Source: Phoronis australis
Taxonomy: Eukaryota > Animalia > Phoronida
Length of the DNA stretch: 64,000 nucleotides
Assembly: GCA_002633005.1 (NCBI GenBank)
Contig: NMRA01000164.1
Coordinates: forward strand, 724,897-788,896
Direction of reading: 5' to 3'
The notes under the pieces were generated by a model. The model ran no database searches and was not told the origin of the DNA. It was given only the letters and a program-made list of their open reading frames with translations. This document shows positions 12,601-27,600 of this stretch, piece by piece; the first letter of the stretch is position 1, and each line of letters opens with the position of its first letter. Both the position numbers and the translations under genes were made by a program.

Positions 12601-15600
12601 CTGCGGTATCAAGCACCACAGGTAAACTCTCATGATATTTGATCCTATGTTCCTATGATCAATTAAGTTCATGAAATCAGTTTGCAAGTTGCATGATAAA
12701 TTTGCATAATTTATGCAAATAATGGAGGCCGTCATTAAAAATTCTGCTTCTGCTCGTAACTTTCTTCGGGGGGTACTACGTGTAGATTATTTTGGTAATT
12801 TACTGATGAATTTAATGTAATCTGTCATTACATGATAATCTGTAATTTATGACATAACATTACAAATTCTATTTTTTTCTGATATCCAGGGTAGATCTAG
12901 TAGATGACCAAATTGCTTAATTGCATAAACCCAGGACAATAACAAATCGAATGGAAAACAATCACAATACTAATTCAAGACTCTAAATGTGAGCACACTA
13001 CAGTAAAACATGCCCAAAATATTGCGCAGGGTAGAAAATTGACGCTGCAACTATAATTATCTACTTGAATTTCATGGAATCTGACCTTTGCAGCCACATC
13101 TAATCATCCCCAGTATGCAATAGGAGCGAGTTGGACACCATGCGGAATTACAGATGGTGAGAGTGATTTGTTTATGTCATCTTTCTTTCATCCATATTCC
13201 TCTGGCTCTAGTGCTGGTGACATTCCACCACATGACTGACTTTTAATGGGCTCAGTTTACATTCTCTGTGAATGCCTTTTTGTCAGTGTCAGTTTGGGGG
13301 CGAACGTATATCCCTTGCCGTTTTTCTTCCCCATACTTGTAGTCTGGTTGCTGACATCTTCCTGATTCTCTTCATTTCATAACAGGCACATTTACATTTA
13401 GTGGCCTGTTTTATGATATCAGAAAAGTGTGCATAAATAGTGCCGATGGAGGACAGTCAATATTTGAACGATGGATCCCTTTCCAGCAACATAGTAGCAT
13501 TACACCAGGTTACACCCCTACAGCGCATGGGCAAGGAGTAGACCTTCGCAATTCCACTGTCAACTTAATGTCAACAACTGCTCTACGCTTACCACGTGAT
13601 TTCATGGTTGTGGTATTCGAATCCGTTAGCTGCCATAGTAATGCATACGAAGCACAAATACATTTTTGTCATCCGATTTAAGCAACGTAAAATCTGTTAA
13701 GTTCACATGCCCATTTCACGTTGTATTACACAATACTGGAGCTGGCTTCTTCGTGGGATGTCTCCAGATAATACCTACTGCCAAAGTCCTTGTCCCTTGA
13801 GGGACAGGGAGCTTCATCATTGATTACTTCCTTGTGTACCTTTGATTACTTCCTTGTGTACCTTACCTACTGCTGGCCTTTCTAGAAATCTGATAACATT
13901 ACCTGTCCAATGAAATATGGGTGCAGGTGTTAAAATAGTTTATCTGGGGTGCCTGGTACTTCAGCTATAAGCAACAGTAGAATTCTGAATAATGGCGGCC
14001 TTAATTTGCATACATTATGCAAATTCACGATGTATCAACCAGCAAGCAAACTCCATTAAATTCACTAACGAGGGAAGAATGGTGAAATCATTAAAGTAAC
14101 CTGCCTGCAGCGCTTGGTATGGGCATTATAAGCAAAATGTAATTTTGAATAATCGTGGCCTTAATTTGCATACATTATGCAAATTCATGATGTATCAACC
14201 AGCAAGCAAACTCCATTAAATTCACTGACCAGGGAAAAATGGTAAAATCATTAAAGTAACCTGCCTGCAGCGCTTGGTATGGGCATTATAAGCAAAATGT
14301 AATTTTGAATAATTGTGGCCTTAATTTGCATTAATTATGCAAATTTATTGTTGTGTATCTTACTTTGTCAAATAAAGTAGACACTCCATTAACTACGCAG
14401 TGAAACGAACAGAATTGAACTGAACACTGAACTGTTTCATTCCACATATCACAACAATATATATACACACGACCACATAACAACATATGATGCGTTACCT
14501 ATCACACACTTCCTATACTAGGAATCGCATGACATAATACCAATTAAATTACTGAACTCATAAACAACAACAATCTACAAACATCCTGTTATTGTGTGAC
14601 TAAATACACAACATTTATCATGCGCCAACTTCATTTCATTGAACTAATTGACCATAACGGCATGATTATTTACCTGTAATGATTGGTACCGTAGCTATTA
14701 GAACAAGTTAACGTTCGAATAATGGCGGTCTTAATTTATATAAATTATGAAAATTCACAACGTATCCCAAAAAAATTGCACTATTAAATTCGTTGACCAT
14801 GGAAACATGGGTGAAGACATCAAAATAATAGTAAGGAAATTATAAGTAAAAATAGAACGTTGCATAATGGTCGCCTTAATTTGCTCAAGGGTTGAGAACC
14901 GTCACCCCCTTAAATCATGATCAGCTATGTCTAGGCTACAAAAACAGCAAAGAAAAAACTTTATCCAGCAAATCCAAGTTAAGCAAAAAAACAGCGTTTG
15001 GCTCCCGGACTTACACTAGTTTGCAAAATGGCTCGCTGTGATTGGTCGGTAAAGCTGGATTATTGCATTATGGGATATCGGAAGGAAACTCATGATTCCA
15101 TAGTCCCAGATTCCTCGTTGTAACCGTCTCGCATATGCATTACCAAACGCAACCCCTGTTGTTTGCACTGAATCTCATAATTAATCACAGTCGTGCGTTT
15201 CAAAGTCTTTCTGTTATTTACAATAACGTACTTTTGTTGGGATCGTTCACTGATCCGCCGATCTGACAATTTCTGGAACCATCGGGACATAGACACTGAC
15301 ACGTCTTGTCAACAAAACCACCATCTTTGCAGTGTGGTACATTCTTGCAGTGACCTCGGTGTAAAGAACGCAAATGGTTGGTTTTATATCTCCAAGAAAT
15401 AAAAAATTCTATTCGATCATGCATCAATGGACGATTTTGCTTTGTCTTATTTTGTCTCAATTGTTGGGTATTTTCCCTAAATTGAGTGACTAACAAAGTA
15501 CGCCAGGCACTCCGACACACTTGTCTCAGTTACAGTGCATTAGATCTGAGTGTAAAAACTGACCCTGATAATTTACCGTAATCAGAAATAATTATCAAAC

Positions 15601-18600
15601 AAGAATGTAATCGAGCAAATTACGTCACATACTGTTGCAACTGTAAAGCAAATTTACGGTTTTCACATCGCTGAACGACAACGTGGTCCCTTTCCCCATA
15701 TAATCTTCATTTCTGGAATTGTAAGCAAATATGGTCTGTAACCTTTTGGACCCTTCTTTTTTGCCGAATGCCTGTAGATCAAAGAAAAATGTGACTGTGT
15801 TAGTGTGTGTGTGTGTTTGTGTGTGGTGTGTGAAGGAAATTTAAAGGCTCAATTTGTGTGATTTTTAAGTTAAATATGTAAAGACAAACTCTTCCATACT
15901 AACGCCGCAACACAAAATAAATTGTTGTGCAAGTGGACGCCATTTCCAAAGTCTGTGTGCTGCAGTTGGCTGGCCGCGCAGTGGAGGATTTAGGGAGGGG
16001 GGTGCCAAGGTGGCCATAGCCCCCTACAAAATTCTCCTATATTCCATAAATAGATAGTCGCGCATTGCGTTTTAACGGTTAATTTTGCATCCAAATCGAA
16101 GAGAGCCAAAATGGATTTAAAGGGGAAGAGGGCCATGTCATAAAGAAGCAATCGCACATTTTGCTTTAATCTAAAAATAACCTCAGATTTGCAGTAAATA
16201 GGGCACACGTGCACCGGAGAGACTCAAAGTGACCGGTTAGTTATTGTAATGAGTCATTCTTAAGCAATGGCGAAGAGGCAACTGCAGTCAGAAAACTGGT
16301 TTTCCAATAAAAGGAAAACAAGTGCTGTTAAATCACTCGAAAATTGCTTGTTCAAAATTCTTTCACCATAACCTTTTTTCGTTCAGTGTAGTCCTGTATA
16401 TCTTCGCATGCGCAGTTAAACATTTTGCACGTGCAGACGTTATTTCGCAGCATTTGCATTAATGCAAAGTAAGAAGATTACGATTAAGTTTATTACTGTT
16501 TTCCATCTTCAGCGACAGCACGATCGTTATATCGCGCCTTGTTTAGCAGCGTTTGTTGGATCAAATGCGTGGCGGCGCAACACAGGACGCAGCAGCTGGC
16601 GGAGTTCCTATTCAAACAAGACACTCTCAACGCACTGGGCAGAAAGACAGCTGCAAATCAAGACTGTTGAGCAACTTTTTAGTAACTTAGAAAGTTGAAA
16701 ATTTGACTTTGGATTTAGAGTCCAGCTGATTCTGAAGGGCAGTGGGATTTTGTCGCGTTCGAACGCAAAGAGCAACCAAGCGTTAGAAGTATTGTCGAAG
16801 GCTGCTTATATTCTGGAAATCAAGGAAAACAAGGGATTGTTCTAAAACCGACTAGACTCCACACCCCACGACCCCCCCCCNTCGACCCACGCCGGGCCAC
16901 AATCCCCTCGACCCAGACTACGCAAGCTTGCCTCGATCTGAATATGGAACAAGTGCTGACTTGCAGAACCAACGAGTCTGGCTTTTCCCTGTTTTATTGC
17001 AATTAATAGAGTCGATTTGGCAAGTTTGAAAGCCAAAAACAAAAAAGATAACGAGACCAAATCAAAGACCTAGTACCAACGTTACATATCGTCTCGTTCC
17101 GGGCACAGTGTAATCGTCTCATCTGCTCTTCAGTGAATGATAGATTCAACCCATTTTCGGAGGAGTGCGAGAATGCCAAGAATACGTAACTTCTTCAGTA
17201 AACACAGTTTGAAAAAAAATTACTACAAAGAGCGTCTCAAAGTTACAAGTAGTATATTGTAAACGAATGTACGACAGAAAGCAAATAATAAAAAGTAAAA
17301 TTATATGTGCATTCACGTTAACGTACTCTTTCCCTAAGTTAAGTAGAACAGGGCCATTGGTAGCAGACCGTGGAACTATTTCTGTGACAACGATAGCACA
17401 CGCACAATCCGCTACTTCAAATCATGTTCTTACGCCACTATCTGTTTTAATTACCAACGATAAGCCTGAGCAGATTTCTGTGTAGGTAAGTCTTATGGGA
17501 AAGTCACTCAGCGACGTAATGTTTGGTATGAAATGTGTAAAAAGCGCAAATACATCAATTGCAGCAGGTCGTGGGTCGAGAGGGTCGTGGGGGTTGTGGG
17601 TCGAGGAGGTAATGGGTCGAGGGGGTCGTGCGTGGGTCGAGGGGGTAGTGGGAATAGAGGGGGTTTTAGAACAATCCGAAAATATGAATCAAAACTTTTT
17701 CTAGACTGGAGGGGGAAATCCACCCCTTTTGACACTTCGAGGTAGCAAATGTCTGACTTATAAAATTTAATCCTGGCTAATACTCTGCCCAGGCCCATAA
17801 AATTTAATTCCTGGCTAATACTCTGCCCTGCCCCTCCATCTAACTCATAATCCTGGATCCGTTCCTGTGGTGGACAAGAGTGTGGGCGTTTGTGTAACCG
17901 AGCTCATGAGACGCCTATTGTTTAGTGGCCTTAGGTGGCTGGGATTTTGGTAAATCGCAAAATACCGCATTTGACACTTAATTTCGCGATTTTGACTGCT
18001 TGTGTACCGTATGATCTCCAGATTAATGTCCAGGTCCACCGTCATTATCAACTATAAATATTCGTTATTTTTCGTTATAGTTGTCAGAAGTAGTTGTTAC
18101 AAAGTTAGTTTCGTCGACGCTCTGAACGTTAGCTGGAGTGCAAAATATTTAGTTTTCCGCTAATTGTTATCGTTATGCTAGCAAAAACCACTGTGTAGCA
18201 TTCACAAGTTAGCACAGTTTGAATACGGCCACGTTAAATTGTTTTTAAAAAGTTACGTACAGTTTTTCCATAGTGCATTATGCTTCGGAAGTCGTATGGA
18301 ACGTCTGTGTCTACATCGCTATGCGAAAATTTTTTCAACTGGGTTTCGAAACCTGTCCTGATGTTTTCCTTTTTCACACGCACGTAGTCGTCTCTATCTG
18401 GGCGTTGGTGTTCATGGTATAATCCAATGGCGTGACCAAGCTCGTGAAGGAAAATCCCATACTAAAAGTGGCAATGATTAGAAAATAGCCTGTATAAATA
18501 TTTGCATCATATTCCCCACATATATTTTTATTTACAACATTTAACATGTCGATTCATAGCAAAGGCGTCCAATAAAAGTTAAAAGAAATCGATGTAGCGC

Positions 18601-21600
18601 ATATGTGAGAAAAAGAGGCGTGGAGCCGAAGCACAATGGGGGACCAGCCACTGAAATTGAGTGTTGCGCTGTGAGTCTTTCAGAAATAGTTCTATATATG
18701 ATTCAAGTTCACTTCTTATCAATTTTATAGTGACATTATCGTTGAGTTTGTCCTCTGTTTTGAATATTCACATATTTAACTCCCGCGTCGAAGAGATCCT
18801 GCGGGTGTATTTACTTGTTTTTTCTGGTGATGGTTGCAGTCAAATTGATTACCATGTTGTGACTTCTGAACTGTTTGGTGGCGTTTAAGATTTTAGCGTT
18901 GATTTGCTCGATAAATCCTATCGTTTGCCAATTTGCACGCGAGAGTGCACGCCTGAAGATAGGAGATTGTTTAGTGACTACGAGAGAGTAGGTACCAAGC
19001 TGTCAAACAAAAAGTACAGTCATGTACGTTCAACCAAGTTTTATGAAAAAAGAAAAAAAAGTTTGTGTGAATGAAGGGTTGCTACAGAACTATACTGTTA
19101 TTATGTAAATACCTACCTAAACTTAATATACAAGAACATGTGATTAAAACCCTTCAGTCAATGTGTAGCAAATTGCGTACTTGCATAAAAACGCAGCGAA
19201 GGTCTCGGCAACTATTTCCATTGTAAAACAGAAACACGGCAGAGGTGTAAGAATAAGTCCATTATTTTTTTCGATGTACGTGAATGAGTTTTTGCACCTT
19301 GTTAAAACCGCTAGTGTACGAAGGATATTTGGGACAGGTGACATGTCCTTATAGCTATTGCAGGTCGAGGGGTATGACGGTAAACCTTAAAAAACAAAAA
19401 TGGAAGCGTTCTGATAGCGACACATGGTGAAATCGGATAAAAATGTTAAAGGTGAGGTTGACGACAAAATCAAGGACATCAACAACCGTGATTCCGATGC
19501 TTATTGCACCAACGTATTACATAGCCAGTGAGTAGATCTATTTACATGAAACCAAATTTGAAAAGGTTCCCGTTAAAGGATCACGTACCTAGAGCTCCGC
19601 TAACATAATTCGAAAAATGGCCGTCACAGCACCATCTTGCGCCCGATTTCGCCTAAGAACAGAAGTCCTCGAGCTATTGACTAAATAAATGTTGTAAATA
19701 CATTCCATGTCGACCAAACGAAAAATGCAAATCATACACGAAAAGCAACGGATTTTGTTACTTTACGGTTTTCAGCAAAGGTAATAATAACAAACAAGAA
19801 ATTCCTTTCCAAGTGCTGCTAAATGACCAAGCACGACCTATGCTTTCAGCGACGGCAACTGTGGGAAAAGACCACACACTAAGGACCATGATGTCCAATA
19901 ATGACATTTTAAGAGATATGAGTTTTTAGTTGATTCCTGCCTTTAAGTTGGAAGATTGACGCCAATGTGCGCAGGTGACAAAACGAGGGTTAGTTCAAAT
20001 CATCAAAACAGGGCGGGGTTTAGTATCCTTTTAAATACAGTTTTCAAATGCTCTGCCTTAATTATATATACACATACATGTGTGTGTGTGTGTGTGTGCG
20101 TGTGCGTGTGCGTTGGTGCATGTATGTGTGTTTGTTTGTGAGTGTGAGCGCGCACTCGCGTATGCACTCAAAGAAGTCTATCTGTTCTTAAAGTTTTTGA
20201 ATTTCTGTTTATGTCGAAGCATTTTTTTCTTCAATTTCAAATTTTGAAGACATTTATCTTTCACTGGTGTGTTTTTACGTGGTCTTGAGTAGTTTCGCTT
20301 TTCTCGCAAGAAATTTGGTATACAAACGCTGCCCAGGTTAGCGCCACCACAATGAGGGAAGGTCTATTAAAGCTGGACTCGACCTGTTTAGCTACTTAAA
20401 GGAGAATGTCACCAAAATAACGTTTTTTGTATCAATTTAGATAGAGTAATTCCACTGCATAACAACAAGTTCAGTTCTTTTGTCTGACACCAGACGGCAG
20501 ACGGAGGTGCTGAAGTTAACCAATGACGTCATACATGTAGGTTCTAACACAGTCTGTACAGCACTGTACGAGTTGTGTCAGCTTATCGCTTGAATTCATC
20601 TCTTAAAACCAATAAATAGGCAAAATTCGATGCAAAACCCATATATATAAACATTAAGTTTTTAACAAACGAGTTTGTTTTATTGCGCTGTTACGGATTC
20701 ATAGAAATTTTGAACGTACCGTCGCCTACAAAGTTCGGTAGGCCAACTTTCGAGATCGCTTGCGGGAAATTTGGATCTGTTCAGTGATAAATTATAATTA
20801 TTTTTCAGTGAGATACAGACAGGAAAGCATAGTCGTGTGTTGAAATTTTAGACTTACGAATGTTTTTCAGTTCTAAACACACAATACGCTAGTTATAAGA
20901 ATGTAATTCGGAACCCAATTGGGCCCGTCGCTGGCCGGCCAGACTGGAGACACCACGAACATCAGCCAGCCGGGGTAGTCGACTTCCAAAGTTGAAAATT
21001 AAACTTCCAGTCACGAAAAAACCAGAGAACCAAAGAACTAATGTGCTCATGAATATTTTGGTAAAAACGCCGCAAAATTATAAATGTGCTTACCCGCTAG
21101 AGGCCGCGAAGCCAGGTTCCCTCTCCACAGAACCGTACAGAGCAAAAGGTGTACAATAACAATGGTTCGAATAATGTACATATATCTAAATAAAGACTCC
21201 CTTAACGTCTGACCATAGCATATAAAATCAAGTTATTGTTTCACAGCCCCTTTCTGTCAAAAACACTGAATTAGCGCTCACACGGCCTCCAGGATGACCT
21301 CCCAATTAGCTTAATGGCAAATCAAGCCGGTAACGCGGTATGATTTATTCATTGTTGGTTTCTCAAAACATCTGCACTCACAAACACTCCAAAGGCATTT
21401 AAAAATTGTATAAAATGAGACAATCTTTCAAGGCACTTTGTTTCAGTTTTATTAAACATTGGTTAAGGTGAGAATAACTCAATTTGAAACAAAAAATGCC
21501 GGTCACAAATACGGAGATATTTCACGGCATCATACTAATTGCCATTAACGACGTTATTTTGTTCTTTACTGCAACAAAATACTTCCGAAGCATTTCCGGT

Positions 21601-24600
21601 TCTCGAGGATATCGGAAAAAGCATTGAGTACTCACCTTCCTCACATGTTAACGCGACACCTCTCGGCGAGGTGAGATCGACCGTATACGAGGTGATGTGG
21701 ATATAGACCGAATAAGACGGTAAAAAACGAATAGGTCGGGTGGCATTCTCCTTTAAAACTATCAATCAAATTAGGTATGTTACTGCCATCAAAGGATTTT
21801 GTAATATTTCTTATCCGCCGTTATAGGATTCCGTTTCCGTTATTAATTCGAGCCACAGGAAATGTGTACCTGCGCCATTTTCGATTTTTTCAAGTTTCTG
21901 GGACGTTTTCTTGAGACGCTCATGGTTTCAATGATCTTGTTGGTAATGGAAATAGAACCCTATCACGATAAGAAATTTATGAGATTAAGGTGTCTAATTC
22001 AATGTTCGTTTCTTAGTCATGCACGCTATGTCTAATTGCATTGAAAAATAGAGAACACAGCACTTACGACTAGACATTCGGGATTCTTTAAGTTGATGTA
22101 CTGCGGCTTCCTTTTGATCATTCCTAGAGCCGAGCTGCAACCCCGTCTACTGCCGCGTATGTTTACGTAATATTCGTCGACATCTTTGTCATAATGTTTG
22201 AACTTGAAGCAGGTGAAATGTTCCCATTCACTCATGGCCATCCGCAATACTTTAGCATCAGTCAGCCCATGAACTATAAAATTTTGTTGTAATACAATGT
22301 AGCCATCCATACACATTACTCTATAGGGGGTCTCAATAAGGTATATTTGTGGAGACAGCGGTTGTACCTCTGGACAATCTCTATACAGAACAACTCTGAC
22401 CAAATTCCAAGAAAAAATTGCAGGCAATCCGATGCATCAGACGTCCGCAGATCACATAGGTCTGGCCCATCACAGAAACCTGAAACTCACGAGACCCCTC
22501 TTGTGTAAGTATAGTCATTAGGCTCTTGAGAGAGTGTGCACACGTCCGTAATCATTCAACCTGCCGTGCGTTCAGTAGACGCTAGGACCTACGCTAGGAC
22601 CTAGCTAAAACCTAGTTAACGTCACGTGTTCTCACTATAAATACACGGCAACATCTCACGTATTCTCGCGAAGTCTTGCTTTTTAGCGAGGTCCTAGCGT
22701 TACTGAATGGGAGGCCGCATTCATCTCCTACTAGTACTTGGCATTTGAACCTAGTTACTAATCCACGGATAGCCTCCACAACCACCACTGCCTTAGCTTG
22801 TCGGATCCTTTCACTTAGCCTTCTGCCCAGAAAGATCAGTGACTTTCCAGAGCGTGTCTGGTCATTTAACTTTCACTTCTGTCCACGGCAGTAGGGTGCG
22901 GTGATTTCCCAGAGCAAATTGTTTCTTTTTTATAAATGTTCATTATGAAATATTCAGTACAATAAATATAAATACCCAGGAAGCGCCAAGAGGTATTGTA
23001 TCTGGGTTAAATACATAAAAAGAGATCTATATTCAATTATTATACAGAAATACATAAATTAAACAGACTGACGTTAAGATTACAATGACATATCATATGA
23101 TTACGAATCTAAATAAATTATTTCCGTACACAATAAGTTATTTTACATATATAAAGTTTTGTCAACTCCCACAAAGAGATTTACTGTTAAAAAGAAATTT
23201 TGACACTATTTTGAATAAAACCATATTTTCACTTTGGTCGAGTTCTTTACATCCATATAGAAAAAAATTAATTTCGTTATAAATTTGAGAAATATCTGAA
23301 TAATTTTTGTAAACATTTGGGTATTGTTCGAGTGTCTGGAAAAGCTGTACCCTCTGCTCCCCGCATACCGTACAAGCAAAGAAAACATGAGTACGTGTCT
23401 GAGTGTCTCCACAAGAACACAAAGATGAAATATTATTAAAATTATGTCTGAATTAGTCGTTGTTTAAGAATAGACCGCATCTTGATCTGTATGAGATTAT
23501 TTCATGGTTGCGAGGAAGTTGGAATGATGTCAATGGGACTGGTAAGTATTGAGTAGTGGTATGCAGTTTAGAGTAATTTTGAGAGTGACGATTGAAGTGC
23601 TTTCTTTTATTTTGGATGAAAATTAATTCAAGTTGTTAATGCAAGTTAACATCGTAGATCTTCTGAAGGCTTGGATGAGCGAAGATGGAAAAGTATATTT
23701 ATTACTTTGCCGCAGAGATGGTTTTGTGTTAAGTCTTTTGTAGGAGTCAAAGAGGATTTTGTTTGAATAATTGCTTAATACATTGAATGTGTACATGGAC
23801 AAGTGGAGTTTACGACGGGTTGCTAGTTTGCTCCAGTTATGACTATTTAGAACCTTGATTGTGTTGGATCCTTTGTATGCTCCTGTTATGGCTAAAACTG
23901 CCTGGTATTGTGGTCTTTCTAATCGAAGAAGCATGCCTGCATTTGCTGATTGGTAGCTTATGTCACAGTAATCTAGATGTGGAAGTACAAAAGACAGAGT
24001 TTCAAGATGCATGGAGTTAAGATGACGAGAGACGATTTTAATTGGATTGATTAATTTTTGTACTTTATGAACGAGTTCGCGACAGCGGGGAATAAATGTA
24101 AGCTTATGGTCCAGTATCAAACCAAGGTGTTTATGTGTGAGCTTTTTGGGAATAACTTCCCCAGTGAGTGATAGGTCCATCATTGAATTTTCTAGAGAGT
24201 GAGTATAATGACACTTAGAAAATATAAGATCAACACTTTTTTCAGGTTTAAATTTCATCTTCCATTTCTGAGACCAGTCATAGAATTTGTTTAGGTCAGT
24301 TTGTAACTGTAAGGAGTCATGGGGACGCTCTTTTGAGAATAGGTAGAAAATTGCAGTATCATCAGCATATAAGAATGTTTTAGAGTTTATTGTGCCTGGG
24401 AAAAGAGTAGGAGCCCAGTACGCTACCCTGTGGTACTCCAGCATTTACGATGATGGTGAGAAGACATCATCAATTCGGACTTCGTGCGTTCGACATTCCA
24501 GATATGATTTTAAAAGTAATACGAGAGTGCCTGGGAAACCGTAAGATTGCATTTTGTGTAAAAGCAGATGATGGGGAGTGACATGAAAAGCTGACGTCAT

Positions 24601-27600
24601 ATCTAAAAATACGGATCTCACGTTGTGCCCTTGCTCAAACTGGAGGTGGATTTCATGTACAATTTCAGTAAGTTGGGACACAGTGCTGTTACCAGGCATG
24701 AATCCAAATTGGCGACGATATATAAGGTTTCGTCATGCGAGGTGATCAAACATATGCTGAGAAACAATTTGTTCAAAAATTTTTGGATAAGGTGTTAAGA
24801 AGAGTTATAGATTGTTAGTTGGCGACGTCTGTTTTGGAGTCCTATTTGTGTATTGGTGTCGTAACACCAATACACAAAGGAAATTTTCTAGATTGTAGTA
24901 TTTTGTTGCACACTGTTGTCAGAGGAACTCTAAGCTCTCTTGCTATTATCTTGATCATTTTATTGGTTATTAGATTGGTACCGTCGTTTTTGTTTTCGTC
25001 GACTTCAGATGGTTGAGCTTGTATGTCAGAAAGGTGTTCTAATGTTCTGTTTGGGAATTCGGGAAAGTTTGTTTTTGGTGCAATGTGACTCTTGGGGGTG
25101 AAGTATTCTAGAAATAGCTTATTTTTTTCAGCTTTGGCAAGTTGCTTCCACATAAAATACCTGAAACGAGGGTAAATTGACGACAAATATCTAGATAAAC
25201 CTCCGTAACCGGGTAGGCCACATTCATCTGTCTTTGAAGCTTGGTATTTGGTCGAGGTTATCCACATAAAGCTTCCATAGGGCCAACTGTTTCCACTTTA
25301 TGATAGTCTCATTTAACTTTCTACTCACAAAAGTGCGCGATTTATATGGGCGGCCGTTTACGCAAAAAAAACATTAAAATGTACATGTATATTCAATTCC
25401 ACTTAATGAACTCAATGCCAACTGTATGACATTTCAATCCTATATGGTGATTCCAAAGAGCACGCCTGCTCTTCCAACTGAATAAATCTACAGGTGTCGG
25501 TGAACAGAAGAAGAATCTTTTTCACTATCTCCCTTTCACTTCTAGTCAGTGATTTCCCAGAATTAGTGTCCACTGCAGAAGTTTCTTCCACATATTGTTT
25601 GTAGAATCCCTGAAATATGGGAAAAAGACGACAAGCGTCCAGACAAACGCCTGTAGCCGGTATCACCTGTCTTTTTGATGTTCGGTATTTTGTCAAAATT
25701 CAATTGTTGTCCACAGATAATGTCCACAACCACCACTGGTTCCGCTTGTCAGTTCATCACATTTAACCTTCTACCCAGAAGGATCGGTGATTCCCTAGAG
25801 CACGTCTAGTCATTTTACTTTTATTTCTGTCCTCAAGCATCTAGAATAGAGGAATGTGGCTTTCGTGGCTACAGGCCTTTGCGCCTGAAAGAGGAATGTA
25901 TAAAACAGTGAGGGGAGCAACTTCTTCTGGAAACATTAGGTCTGGGTAATCGCCGCGCTAGAACAGGAGTGAAAGTGAGATGACCCGACTTGCTCGGGGA
26001 AATTAACAATCCTTATGGGTAGAAGGTTAAATGGGATATTCATGCAGGCAGACACATTTGGTGGTTGTGGACGTTATCTGTTGACAGCAACTCGGACTAA
26101 AAACCAACCATCTACAAGAAAGGAATGTGGCTTACTGGGTTACGGACGTTTTTCGTCTTCAACCCTCATTTCAGGAATTCTGCAAACGACGTACATGTAT
26201 GGGAGCAACTTATTGTTCAGGGGAATCACTGAACCTTACTGCCATGGACAGAAGGGAAAGTGAAATACCCATATTTGCTTTGTGAAATTGTTAATCCTTC
26301 TGGATAGAATATTAGGTGAGATTATAAGACAAGCCGGAGCAGTGGTGATTGTGGACGCCTATCTATAGACAGTAGCTTCGGTTCAAATGCAGAGCATCAA
26401 TAGCAGATGCACATGGCTTATAAGGCACAGACTTACGTAACCTCTCTCAGAAAGAGCCTAGTGACCATATATTATATAGGGATCCACATGAGGTTCAAAT
26501 CAGGCGTGTGTTCAGTAACGGTAGGACCTATGATAGGACCTAGCTAAAATCTAGCCGGAGGTCACGTGTTCTCACTTAAAATACACGGCAATATCTCACG
26601 TATAATCTCGCGAAGTCTTGCTTTTTAGCGAGGTCCTGAACGGAAGGCAGATATGTACTTTGCACAACAGGAATTCACCTGAGCAGCCTGTCCACGGCCG
26701 ATGCAATTCAGTCATCGAATCATACAATCTTTCCTTTATTGCCGTCACGGTTATTCCACATAATATGAACTTATAGATAAAATTCCTTGACAAACTGAAT
26801 TAGCCACGCCTCTGTAACAGTGTTCTTACAGAATCGGTTGGCGTTCACCACCCCGTTGAGTTCCATAGATCGTAAGACAAGATCTTGAGACAAGAGGTCA
26901 TCGTTACGGAACGGAAACAGTCTTCAGTCCAAAAATTTATGAATTCTATTCCATAATTCATTACGTCATCGTCCAATCACTTCAGTGTCCGCAACTTTGT
27001 TTGGACAAGCGAGTAAGCTCCCGAGCATGCTCGCGAAATACTCGCTTTTCACGCTTGTGATTTTGCAAAATCTTACGAGATCTTGCTTTTTGAGTAAGAA
27101 ACTAAGACAACGGAACGCTATCCAACCTAAACATGTAGATGTACAAGGAAGTAGTCCGGCGGATCTAGGATACCATAAGGGGGGGGGGGGGGNNNNNNNN
27201 NNNNNNNNNNNNNNNNNNNNNNNNNNNNNNNNNNNNNNNNNNNNNNNNNNNNNNNNNNNNNNNNNNNNNNNNNNNNNNNNNNNNNNNNNNNNNNNNNNNN
27301 NNNNNNNNNNNNNNNNNNNNNNNNNNNNNNNNNNNNNNNNNNNNNNNNNNNNNNNNNNNNNNNNNNNNNNNNNNNNNNNNNNNNNNNNNNNNNNNNNNNN
27401 NNNNNNNNNNNNNNNNNNNNNNNNNNNNNNNNNNNNNNNNNNNNNNNNNNNNNNNNNNNNNNNNNNNNNNNNNNNNNNNNNNNNNNNNNNNNNNNNNNNN
27501 NNNNNNNNNNNNNNNNNNNNNNNNNNNNNNNNNNNNNNNNNNNNNNNNNNNNNNNNNNNNNNNNNNNNNNNNNNNNNNNNNNNNNNNNNNNNNNNNNNNN

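Larger units (their letters stand above)
22470..26500. mobile_element. Foldback-like element with long imperfect inverted arms, host of a LINE
   Basis: 22720-22910 is the inverted match of 26220-26410, and 22510-22535 matches 26440-26470. Similar subrepeats at 25180-25330, 25720-25830 and 26020-26150. Confidence 0.55.
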
